A stretch of DNA of 64,000 nucleotides, from the NCBI RefSeq assembly GCF_965221685.1, contig NZ_OZ244907.1; one strand, 5' to 3'. Below, in pieces: positions 10,063-18,454 of the stretch. Source of the stretch: Candidatus Palauibacter sp. Lineage in GTDB: Bacteria; Gemmatimonadota; Gemmatimonadetes; Palauibacterales; Palauibacteraceae. Under the pieces are notes generated by a model, which saw only the letters and a program-made list of their open reading frames with translations, ran no database searches and was not told where the DNA came from. A program made the translations under genes and the position numbers. Position 1 is the stretch's first letter. Each line of letters begins with the position of its first letter.

Positions 10063-10965
10063 TTCGATCTCGCGCGCCGTCCTGTGCGCGATCGCGTGCA
10101 GTTCCGCCGTCTGTCGGGGCGTGGCCGCGTACCCGCCCGACAGGAGGAGCGTGAGCGGGAGCCCCTCCCCGCGCAACGTGCCGATGACCCACCGATCCCT
10201 TCGCTCCAGACCGGCGCGTGTGAGCGCGAGACGCCCGAAACGATCGCCGGCGACGACATCCACGCCGGCAAGGTAGAACACGAGGTCGGGACGCGACCGG
10301 GTCACGGCCTCGGGAAGGAATCGTCGCAGCGCCTCCTCGTATTCCTCGTCTCCCGCGCCATCGGGCAGAGCCACATCGAGATCCGATGGGGTGGGCCTGA
10401 AGGGGTAGTTCCCCGCCCCGTGCATGGAGAAGGTGAAGGTGTCGGGGTCATCGGCGAACACGGCTGCGGTGCCGTTCCCCTGGTGGACATCGAGATCCAC
10501 GACGAGCGCACGGCGAATCCACCCGCCGCGCCGCAGCACCCTGATGGCGACGCCCACGTCGTTCAGGACGCAAAACCCCTCTCCGTGATCCGGAAACGCA
10601 TGGTGCGTCCCTCCGGCCAGATTCGCCGCCACTCCATCTTCCAGCGCCATCCACGCCGCATTGACGGTGCCCCGGACGGCGAGTCGTGACCGGCGCACGA
10701 GCGCGGGCGACCACGGGAGCCCGAGGCGTCGCTCCTCCGCGCGCCCGAGAGTGCCGTGCCGGAGCTTGTAGAGGTACTCCGGCGTGTGCACGAGCGCCAA
10801 GTCCTCCCACGCGGCCTGCTCCGGCTCGACGATGTCCTTCGGCCCGACGATCCCGTCGCGTTCGAGGATCTGCCTCAGCGCGAGGAACTTTCCCATCGGG
10901 AAGCGGTGGCCCGCGGGCAGCGGCACCGTGTACCCGGCGCTGTAGGCGACGCGGAGCCTCGACAC
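10021..10965 (-). CDS. Zn-dependent histone deacetylase-family (AcuC/AphA-like) deacetylase
   Basis: HRFPMGKF, GGTHHA, GFCVLND, DLDVHQGNG, AGVD and GGY all intact. The GTG start abuts the TonB receptor stop. Confidence 0.9.
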   Translation of the reverse strand: MSRLRVAYSAGYTVPLPAGHRFPMGKFLALRQILERDGIVGPKDIVEPEQAAWEDLALVHTPEYLYKLRHGTLGRAEERRLGLPWSPALVRRSRLAVRGTVNAAWMALEDGVAANLAGGTHHAFPDHGEGFCVLNDVGVAIRVLRRGGWIRRALVVDLDVHQGNGTAAVFADDPDTFTFSMHGAGNYPFRPTPSDLDVALPDGAGDEEYEEALRRFLPEAVTRSRPDLVFYLAGVDVVAGDRFGRLALTRAGLERRDRWVIGTLRGEGLPLTLLLSGGYAATPRQTAELHAIAHRTAREIEGRRHEGDGMRATA

Positions 10966-13046
10966 TAGAAAAACCGGAACTGGAGTCGCAGCAGACGGCC
11001 GGGCTGCGGCAGTCCGCACTGATCGAAGACCGTCGCGTCCGCGAGGTTGTCCAGCGACAGAGAGGTCTGAAGCGTCCGGAAGGGCCCGCCGACCGCAAAC
11101 TCCCGGCTCACGACGAGGTCGACGCGGGCCGTCGGGTCGAGGGCAACGTCGGCGTCGAAATCCGGATCGACGCAGTACTGGCGTCCGATCGCCTCTACTG
11201 CGGCCCGCGCCCGGAGACCCGCGGGGAGCGGACCCTCCACGTGCGCCCCCACGGCGATCGCGGGCTGGTACTCCGCACGAAGCGTGCGGCCCTCGAACCG
11301 CCGGTCCGTGACCTCCACATTCTGCCACGTCAGGTCGCCGCCAACGGAGACCCCGCCCCACCGGGCGTCGCCGAGAAGCTCGACCCCTGCCGCGTCCACG
11401 CGACGCCGGTTCTCTCGCCGGAACCTCCCGTCGCCGAGCCCCGTACGCACGATCGCGTTCGAGAAACTCTGGACAAAAAGCACGGCCTGCGCCTCGACCT
11501 CCGCCCCGAACGCCTCGACCGTCCCGGTCACGCCCCCCTCCGCCGCACGGAGGATCTCCGGCGCGAGTTCGTGGTTGGGTTCGAAGCGGCCGAGCGCTCC
11601 CGAATACAGTTCCCGCAGCGACGGGAAGCGCACACGGCGGCTCGCCCCCATGTGGAAGCGAACGCGCCGTCCGATCTGCGCGGATCCTCCAACGCGCGCC
11701 CCCCAGTCGTCGATCGTCTCGCGCGCTTCGCGACCACCGGTCTCCGGTGTGCTGCCGCGATCCCAGCTCGCCCCCAGGCTGACGCGGGCGCCGGACCAGA
11801 ACCCCGCGCCGGGACTCGCGAGCGGCAACTCGACCTCACCGCCGAGACTGAACAGCCGCTGACGAAAGGTGGACTCGCCACCGGGCGTGATGCGCTCCAC
11901 GTGGCGGGTCTCGGCCACGGTGAGAGCCGTCCGCACGACCCCGTCGCCGAGTTCATGGTCGGACAGGCCGCGGAAGGTGAGGGTGCGGTCGTCCGCGAAC
12001 TCCTGCCCCGTGATGTCCTCATAGGCCAGCGTCTCGAACGCGTCGATCTGCGCGTCTCCCGCGTCGATCCCGATGCTGACCTCGAAATCTCCCGTGCCGA
12101 AGGGAGTGCGACCCCACCCGGTACCCGCCGAGACCGTGCTCACGACCCGCTTCGTTTCGGGCATCCTCCAGCGCCGCGGATTCATCGTGTGGAGTTCCGG
12201 CGGAATCCCCCTCTCCGCGCGATACCCGAAGGCGGAGGTGGAGACCCACGCGCCCCCTTCGGATTCGGCCCGGCCCGTGAAGAAGGCGCTCGCGTGATCG
12301 AGATCGCTGTTCAGGCGCCGGTTCGGGTCGGCCGCGGCCGGCTGCACGACACCGCCGGGAAGGGGCACGCCGTCGCGCGTCCGGTAGGCGCCGCCCGCCT
12401 GCACGGAGACGCGGCCCTCCCCCGAGCTCCACGTGCGTCCGAGGCGCACGCCGCCGAACGCCGCGCCGGTCGCGTCCATCCCGCCCTGCATCCCGTTGAG
12501 CCGCCGATCCGCTTCCACGCTCCCGTGTCCGATCTCGATCGAGACCACGCCGCCGAGAACGTTGGGACCATGGAGGACCGAGGAGATGCCCCGGAAGAGC
12601 TGGATCTCGCGCGCCGCATCGACCGGAATGAGCGAAAGGTCGGTGCGCGCGTCCCAGCCGAGGGTCAGCGGCACCCCGTCGACGAGCACGGCGAGCTGGC
12701 GCGACTCGGTTCCTCGCAGCGTCGGCTGGGCTTCGCCGCGCGAGTTCTCGCGCACCTGAAGGAAGGGAATCTCGCGCAGGGCCTCCTCGAGCAGGGGGAC
12801 GGCGGCCACGCGCGGCGACTGAAGGCTGAGGCGCACGGCGCTCGCGCCCGAGACGCTGGCGACGGGTCGCAGCGCCTCGATTCGGAGTTCGCGGAGCCGG
12901 AAGGAGACCGTATCCCGGGACACGGTGTCCGGCACCTGCGCCGCCACACCTTCCACCCCCGGGAGACACGCGAGTGCGGCGAGAAGCGGCCATGCCCCAC
13001 GCCGGGCGATGCGTCGTTCGACCTTCCGGTCCATCCCTCGAGTCAT
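10965..13046 (-). CDS. TonB-dependent outer membrane receptor
   Basis: Signal peptide, plug motifs (LRG....L.VLVDGVP, IQLFRG.SSVLHGPN.LGGVV), RFPSLRELYSG..N..L.PE and a C-terminal Phe. ATGA overlap with lnt. Confidence 0.88.
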   Translation of the reverse strand: MTRGMDRKVERRIARRGAWPLLAALACLPGVEGVAAQVPDTVSRDTVSFRLRELRIEALRPVASVSGASAVRLSLQSPRVAAVPLLEEALREIPFLQVRENSRGEAQPTLRGTESRQLAVLVDGVPLTLGWDARTDLSLIPVDAAREIQLFRGISSVLHGPNVLGGVVSIEIGHGSVEADRRLNGMQGGMDATGAAFGGVRLGRTWSSGEGRVSVQAGGAYRTRDGVPLPGGVVQPAAADPNRRLNSDLDHASAFFTGRAESEGGAWVSTSAFGYRAERGIPPELHTMNPRRWRMPETKRVVSTVSAGTGWGRTPFGTGDFEVSIGIDAGDAQIDAFETLAYEDITGQEFADDRTLTFRGLSDHELGDGVVRTALTVAETRHVERITPGGESTFRQRLFSLGGEVELPLASPGAGFWSGARVSLGASWDRGSTPETGGREARETIDDWGARVGGSAQIGRRVRFHMGASRRVRFPSLRELYSGALGRFEPNHELAPEILRAAEGGVTGTVEAFGAEVEAQAVLFVQSFSNAIVRTGLGDGRFRRENRRRVDAAGVELLGDARWGGVSVGGDLTWQNVEVTDRRFEGRTLRAEYQPAIAVGAHVEGPLPAGLRARAAVEAIGRQYCVDPDFDADVALDPTARVDLVVSREFAVGGPFRTLQTSLSLDNLADATVFDQCGLPQPGRLLRLQFRFF

Positions 13047-14710
13047 GCGCTCCCGTTCGCCGGCTCCACCGTCTCCCCCGAAGCACCGCGCGGCGCCTGG
13101 CCGCGACGGTTGCGATCCTTCAGGAAAGACGCGCAGAGAGCAAGAAGCGCTGCCAGCGCGGCCAGAGTCCCCACGACGTCGCCGAAGCGTACGTACACGG
13201 TCAACCCGTCCGTCGTCGACACGTCCGCTACGAAGGACGCGGGCTCGAAGAGTTGGGTGCGGTGCGACACCCTCCCCAGCGGATCCACGATCTTGGAGAT
13301 CCCCGTGTTCCCCGAGCGCGCCGCCCCCATCCGCGTCTCGACGGCACGCATGACGAGGTGCGCCGGGTGCTGCCACAGCGCGCTCGAGCGGCTCCACCAC
13401 GCGTCGCGCCCGAACCACGAGTCGTTCGTGATGTTGACGAGGAAGTCCGCGCCGTTTCGCCGGTAGTGCCGCGCCAGCGGCGAGAAGATCGACTCGTAGC
13501 AGATCATCGTCCCGTACGCCGCGCCTCCATCCTCCGTGGCGATCTCGATCGGGGCCTGCCACTCGCCGACCCCGAAGTTCCCTCCCGCATAGGGGATGGC
13601 CTGGAACCACTCGGGAGGCATGAACGGCACGCGCTCCACGAACGGCACGAGAAAGCGCTTGTCATACCGGTTGACGGCGCCCTCTCCGGGGCGGAAGTGG
13701 TACGCGGAGTTGTACGGCTGAAACTCCCGGTCCCCGAGGTCGTCCGCCCCCCGGCCCCCGACCACGACCTCCGCATCGAGCGCGACGGCGAGCCCGGCCG
13801 CCCACTCGCGCGCCGCCGTCCAGCCGGGGTAGTCGAAGGAGGCGAGCGGGTCCACGTAGCGCGCCCCGAGCATCGTCTCGGGGAAGAGCACGAGGTCCAT
13901 GCGCTCCCGGCCCGGCCACGCGGAGATCAGCGTCGCCGTCGACCGGAAAGCGCTGTCGGCCGAGGCGGCGCCGTCCGTGTTGCGCAGGTGCTGCGGGACG
14001 TTGGGCTGCACGACTCCCACCCGGGCCACCGGCCGCACGTCCAGCGTCTGCCAGCGCACGACCGAATAGGCGACGGGGAGGGCGAGCACGAGCAGGAATC
14101 CGGCCACCGGCCGCCGCAGCGCACGCCCGCCCGCGGCCCGGTACGCCAGGAACCCCGAGGCGACGAGGGCGTTCGCGAGCGCGAGCCAGAAGGAGAGCCC
14201 GCGTGAGCCCACGAGGTCGGCCGCGCCCACGAGGATGGGGTAGGCCGAGAGCGTGTCGCCGAACTGCATCCAGGGGAAGGAGACGTCGAGGAGGTGGGCT
14301 CGCAGCACCTCCCCGGCGGTCCAGAAGACGGGGAAGACGATGTAGAGCGGCCACCGGAAGCGGGCCCGCACCAGGTGGATCCCTCCCGCCACCCACGACA
14401 TGAAGGTCGCGAGAATGAGGATCGGGGCGAGGAAGGCGAAGAACGCCCACCACGTGTAGAAGATGAGCGCCACGAGGAGCCAGTACAGGACGAGCGTGTA
14501 GTAGACGAGCCCGAAGAGGAATCCTCCCTTCCGGGCCTGCTTTCGGCCCTCCGCCGTCGCCGGGAGTCCATCGAGCCAGACGATGAAGGGGACGAGCGCG
14601 ACAAAGGACGTCACGAGAAGATGGAAGGGCGGGTGGGCCAGCCCCATCAACACTCCGCCGACGAGGAGGGGACCGGCCCGCTCGGGGACGATCCGCGCGC
14701 GCCAGTTCAA
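13043..14710 (-). CDS. lnt: Apolipoprotein N-acyltransferase
   Basis: N-terminal TM helices, FPW..G, VQPN, catalytic triad PE / K..LVPF.E / ICYES, NITNDSWFG and NTGIS. Confidence 0.94.
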   Translation of the reverse strand: MNWRARIVPERAGPLLVGGVLMGLAHPPFHLLVTSFVALVPFIVWLDGLPATAEGRKQARKGGFLFGLVYYTLVLYWLLVALIFYTWWAFFAFLAPILILATFMSWVAGGIHLVRARFRWPLYIVFPVFWTAGEVLRAHLLDVSFPWMQFGDTLSAYPILVGAADLVGSRGLSFWLALANALVASGFLAYRAAGGRALRRPVAGFLLVLALPVAYSVVRWQTLDVRPVARVGVVQPNVPQHLRNTDGAASADSAFRSTATLISAWPGRERMDLVLFPETMLGARYVDPLASFDYPGWTAAREWAAGLAVALDAEVVVGGRGADDLGDREFQPYNSAYHFRPGEGAVNRYDKRFLVPFVERVPFMPPEWFQAIPYAGGNFGVGEWQAPIEIATEDGGAAYGTMICYESIFSPLARHYRRNGADFLVNITNDSWFGRDAWWSRSSALWQHPAHLVMRAVETRMGAARSGNTGISKIVDPLGRVSHRTQLFEPASFVADVSTTDGLTVYVRFGDVVGTLAALAALLALCASFLKDRNRRGQAPRGASGETVEPANGSA

Positions 14711-16032
14711 CCCGTGCCCTCCGGCGCCGCGTCCATTGCCGCGTCCAGCGCCTCGCCCACGACCCTGAGCGTTTCCGCCACGTCCGCGTCCGTGTGCGCG
14801 GTGGAGAGGAAACCCGCCTCGAAGGCGGAGGGAGCGAAGAAGACGCCCCGCTCGAAGCAGGCCCGGTAGTAGCGGGCGAAGAAGTCCGTGTCCGCACGCC
14901 GCGCGCCATCGAAATCGAGCACGGGACCCCGCGTGAAGAAGACGCCCCACATCGAGCCCAGCGCGGTCCCGCAGGCCGGGATGCCACGGGCGCTCGCCGC
15001 CGCCAGGATGCCGTCCACGAGCGTCGCGGCGCGGCGCTCCAGACCGGCGAAGGGGTCGGTCCGCTCGAGTTCGTCGAGTTGGGCGATGCCCGCGGCCATG
15101 CCGAGCGGGTTCCCCGACAGCGTCCCCGCCTGGTACACCTCCCCTTCCGGAGCCATCCGCCCCATCAGCTCGCGCGGGCCCGCGTATGCCGCGACCGGCA
15201 GCCCCGCGCCGAGGACCTTTCCGAGCGTGACAAGATCGGCCGCGACTCCGTAGCGCTCCTGGGCGCCACCCCGCGCGACCCGGAACCCGGTCATCACCTC
15301 GTCGAAGATGAGGAGCGTTCCGGTGCGGTCGCAGCTCTCGCGGAGACCCTCCAGAAAGCCCTCGCCCGGCGGGATGAGGCCCGCGTTGCCCGCCACCGGC
15401 TCGACAATGACGGCCGCCAGCCGCGCCCCGTGTTCCGCGAACACCGCCGCCACCGCCCCGAGGTCGTTGTAGGGCGCCGTCAGCGTCAGGCCGGAGGTCG
15501 CCGCCGGCACGCCCGGCGAATCGGGGAGCGACAGCGTGGCGACGCCCGATCCGGCGACGACGAGAAAGGCGTCGGCATGGCCGTGATAGCAGCCCTCGAA
15601 CTTCAGGATCAGGTCACGGCCGGTCGCGGCGCGGGCGAGCCGCACGGCGGACATCGTGGCCTCGGTCCCGCTGTTCACGAAGCGCACCATCTCCACGCCG
15701 GGCACCCAGGCGGCGACGCGTTCCGCGAGCTCGACCTCGCGTGCCTGGCAGGCCCCGAAGCTCATGCCGTCGCGGGCCGCGCGCGCCACGGCCTCCACGA
15801 CGGGCGGCGCGGCGTGGCCGAGGATGAGCGGACCCCAGGAGAGGACGTAGTCGAGATAGCCGCGTCCGGCCTCGTCGAAGATCCTCGCGCCCTCGCCGCG
15901 GGCGGCGAACAGCGGCTCCATCCCGACGGCACGGAACGCCCGCACGGGCGAACTCACGCCGCCCGGCATCACGTTTCGCGCCCGCCGAATCCAATCGGAC
16001 CCGACGGACGGCTGCCGAGGCCCGCCGCTCAC
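14707..16032 (-). CDS. hemL: Glutamate-1-semialdehyde 2,1-aminomutase
   Basis: PGGVSSPVRAF, SWGPLILGH, NSGTEATM, GCYHGH, FDEVMTGFR and YQAGTLSGNP. Confidence 0.96.
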   Translation of the reverse strand: MSGGPRQPSVGSDWIRRARNVMPGGVSSPVRAFRAVGMEPLFAARGEGARIFDEAGRGYLDYVLSWGPLILGHAAPPVVEAVARAARDGMSFGACQAREVELAERVAAWVPGVEMVRFVNSGTEATMSAVRLARAATGRDLILKFEGCYHGHADAFLVVAGSGVATLSLPDSPGVPAATSGLTLTAPYNDLGAVAAVFAEHGARLAAVIVEPVAGNAGLIPPGEGFLEGLRESCDRTGTLLIFDEVMTGFRVARGGAQERYGVAADLVTLGKVLGAGLPVAAYAGPRELMGRMAPEGEVYQAGTLSGNPLGMAAGIAQLDELERTDPFAGLERRAATLVDGILAAASARGIPACGTALGSMWGVFFTRGPVLDFDGARRADTDFFARYYRACFERGVFFAPSAFEAGFLSTAHTDADVAETLRVVGEALDAAMDAAPEGTG

Positions 16033-17480
16033 CGGCCCCAGGCGCTGTCGAGGCCCAGGACGGGGAGCCCCCGCCCCGGCTGCGGGGTCGGAGATGGCGC
16101 CACCCTTCCGGGCTCGGACGCCTCCAGCACGACTTCCCGTACGCGCCCCGCGAGATCGAAGTCGGCGGCCCGCCGGATCTCGACCCGCACCAGCGAGCCG
16201 GGGGCGAGGCCGTTTCCACCCACGAGCACGGTCACTCCGTCCACGTCGTCCGCCTGGCTCTCGATCCGGCCGAGGTGCGCCGCGCCCGGAGGGTTCTCGT
16301 AGAGGAGTTCCAGCGTCGGCTCGTCCGGGGCCGCGGCCGCATCCACGACGGCGACGCGTTCGCGGCCGATCTCCGCCGCGAGCCGCTCGCGGCTCACGGC
16401 GCGCTGAACCTCGAGCACCTCCTCGAGGCGGTCCCGCGCCAGGTCCGCCGGTACGAAGCTCTCCTCCATGGCAGCCGCGCGGGTCCCTTCCTGCGGCGAG
16501 AACGCGAAGGCTCCGAGCCGGTCGAACGGCACCTCATCGAGAAAATCCACGAGCTCGCGGAACTCCGCGTCCGTCTCGCCCGGGAACCCGACGAGCACCG
16601 TCGTCCTCAGCGTGAGTTCGGGGATCGTCTCCCGCAGCCAGGCGACCTTCGATCGCAGCGTCGCGGCCCGCTCCGGCCGGCGCATGCGATGGAGCACGGT
16701 GTCGCTCGCGTGCTGGATCGGCATGTCGATGTACGAGAGGAGCCGCGGCTCGGACGCCATCAATTCGACGAGCGGTTCGCGCAGGCCCGCGGAGTAGATG
16801 TACAGGAGACGGAACCAGGGGATCGATGTCTCGCGCAGCAGCGCCTCCACGAGCGTCGCGATGTCCGTCCCGTCCCGTTGCTCCCGGCCCCAGTGCGCAA
16901 GGTCCTGCGCGACCAGGTTCACCTCCACGGCGCCCTGCGCCTCGAGGCGCTGCGCCTCTGCGACGAGACGTTCCAGTTCGAAGGAGCGGTGCTTCCCCCG
17001 CCAGAGAGGGATCGCGCAGAAGGCGCACGTGTGGCTGCATCCCTCGCTCACCTTCAGGTAGCGTACATGGCGCGCCCCGACGGGAATCCGCTCTCCGGGG
17101 TGCGCCCCGCTGGCCGGCGCCGGTCCCTGAAGGAGTCCGCGCTCGCGCAGCTCCGGCACGAGGCGGTCGAGGTCTCGCAGCCCGAGAAGGAGGTCGACCT
17201 CCGGCAGCGCCTCCGCCATTTCCTCCCGATACCGCTCCACCATGCACCCGACCGCCACGACGCTGTGGCACGCCCCTTCGCGCTTCAGCCGTTCCGCCTC
17301 GAGGATCGTCTCGATCGACTCTTCCTTCGCGGCGTCGATGAACCCGCACGTGTTGACGAGGATGACCTCCGCTTCGTCCACATCGGTGCGCTCGGCTCCG
17401 TGGCCGACGAGTTCGGCGAGCATGCGCTCGGAGTCGACGGTGTTCTTGTCGCAACCGAGGCTGAGGAGCCCTAGTCGCAT
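16029..17480 (-). CDS. rimO: Ribosomal protein S12 methylthiotransferase
   Basis: SLGCDKN.VDSE, NTCGFI..AKEESI and radical SAM CSHTCAFC, with a C-terminal TRAM domain. Confidence 0.93.
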   Translation of the reverse strand: MRLGLLSLGCDKNTVDSERMLAELVGHGAERTDVDEAEVILVNTCGFIDAAKEESIETILEAERLKREGACHSVVAVGCMVERYREEMAEALPEVDLLLGLRDLDRLVPELRERGLLQGPAPASGAHPGERIPVGARHVRYLKVSEGCSHTCAFCAIPLWRGKHRSFELERLVAEAQRLEAQGAVEVNLVAQDLAHWGREQRDGTDIATLVEALLRETSIPWFRLLYIYSAGLREPLVELMASEPRLLSYIDMPIQHASDTVLHRMRRPERAATLRSKVAWLRETIPELTLRTTVLVGFPGETDAEFRELVDFLDEVPFDRLGAFAFSPQEGTRAAAMEESFVPADLARDRLEEVLEVQRAVSRERLAAEIGRERVAVVDAAAAPDEPTLELLYENPPGAAHLGRIESQADDVDGVTVLVGGNGLAPGSLVRVEIRRAADFDLAGRVREVVLEASEPGRVAPSPTPQPGRGLPVLGLDSAWGR

Positions 17481-18454
17481 CGAACGTCGTCGGGAAAGAC
17501 CGGCACCCCTTGCGGGGGCGCGTACTCGAAGACGCCGGGGTCGATCCGGGCCTGCGGTTCGAGGGGGGTCAGCGTCACCGTCCGGAGGGTCTGGTTCTCC
17601 TCGCGAATGCGAAAGCGGCGCACGTAGCGGTCGGACACGCCGATCCACAGGCGGATCTCCACGTATCTCGCCGGGAGTTCGCGCGGCGTGAGCGATACGA
17701 TCCGCGTCTCCACCCCAGCGATCTCCCCGGCTCCTTCATCGACCGCGTCGTAGGCCGTCCGCGCCTGGGAAAGCAGACGCCCGAGGATATCGACGGTGCC
17801 GATTTCCACACCCTCCTCGAGGGGGGAGACCATGACCTGATCGTGGAGCGAGGGTTCGTAGAGCCAGAGACAGGAACCGTCAGCCACGTAGATGTCGCCG
17901 GCCGGTTCGTCGAAATCCATCCGGAACCGGTTTCGTCCCGCCTGATACCAGGTTCCGCGGCCCTCGCGGGTGCGGCCGAGAAGCGGATTCTCGATGCGCT
18001 GGGCGAAGGCCGCCTTGAGCCGGTCGAGCGAAGCGTAGGCCGCATTCGCAAGGGCGAGGAGCGAGTCCACGCCCACCTGGCCAGACTCGTCGTCCGCCGG
18101 CCCGGGGTCGTCGTCCGCCGGCCCGGGCTCGTCATCCACGTCCACCGGCCCTGTTCCCTCCGGATCGGAAACCTGCGGGGCCTGAACGGGAGCGTCGTCA
18201 CTCGGCGCCGCGCCGTCGGCCTCGTCCAACTCCTCGACCCGGGACTCGCTCTGCCCGGCCGCGGCATCCCCCGTGTTCACCGGTGGTGCCGGGGCGTCGC
18301 GCGGGCCGAACTCCGCCTCGATGCGGGCACGAGCCTCCGCGACCTCCGCGGAATCCGCATCGGAGCACGCCGGCGTGAACGCACTCACGAGGAATCCGGC
18401 CGCGAGGAGGCCGACGACCCCCGGACGGCGCGGCTGCGGAAGGAAGGGCCTCAT
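17471..18454 (-). CDS. lolA: LolA-family lipoprotein carrier with lipobox and long acidic N-terminal linker
   Basis: A.F.Q, RFRMDF..P....YVADG..LWLYEP...QV and C-terminal F.Y.PP.GV. Canonical position downstream of ftsK. Confidence 0.8.
   Translation of the reverse strand: MRPFLPQPRRPGVVGLLAAGFLVSAFTPACSDADSAEVAEARARIEAEFGPRDAPAPPVNTGDAAAGQSESRVEELDEADGAAPSDDAPVQAPQVSDPEGTGPVDVDDEPGPADDDPGPADDESGQVGVDSLLALANAAYASLDRLKAAFAQRIENPLLGRTREGRGTWYQAGRNRFRMDFDEPAGDIYVADGSCLWLYEPSLHDQVMVSPLEEGVEIGTVDILGRLLSQARTAYDAVDEGAGEIAGVETRIVSLTPRELPARYVEIRLWIGVSDRYVRRFRIREENQTLRTVTLTPLEPQARIDPGVFEYAPPQGVPVFPDDVRCD
18087..18133. repeat. 2.2 x 21-bp in-frame tandem repeat in lolA linker (encodes PGPADD-type units)
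   Basis: tcgtcgtccgccggcccggg(g/c) occurs twice, followed by tcgtc. Confidence 0.85.

Noticed and set aside
10686-13466. Very long antisense or alternate-frame ORFs (e.g. 926 aa here; also 18547..20829, 44172..46628, 51066..53636, 61401..63926)
   Set aside because: They shadow well-supported genes, carry no recognisable motifs, and are expected from stop-codon scarcity at high GC.
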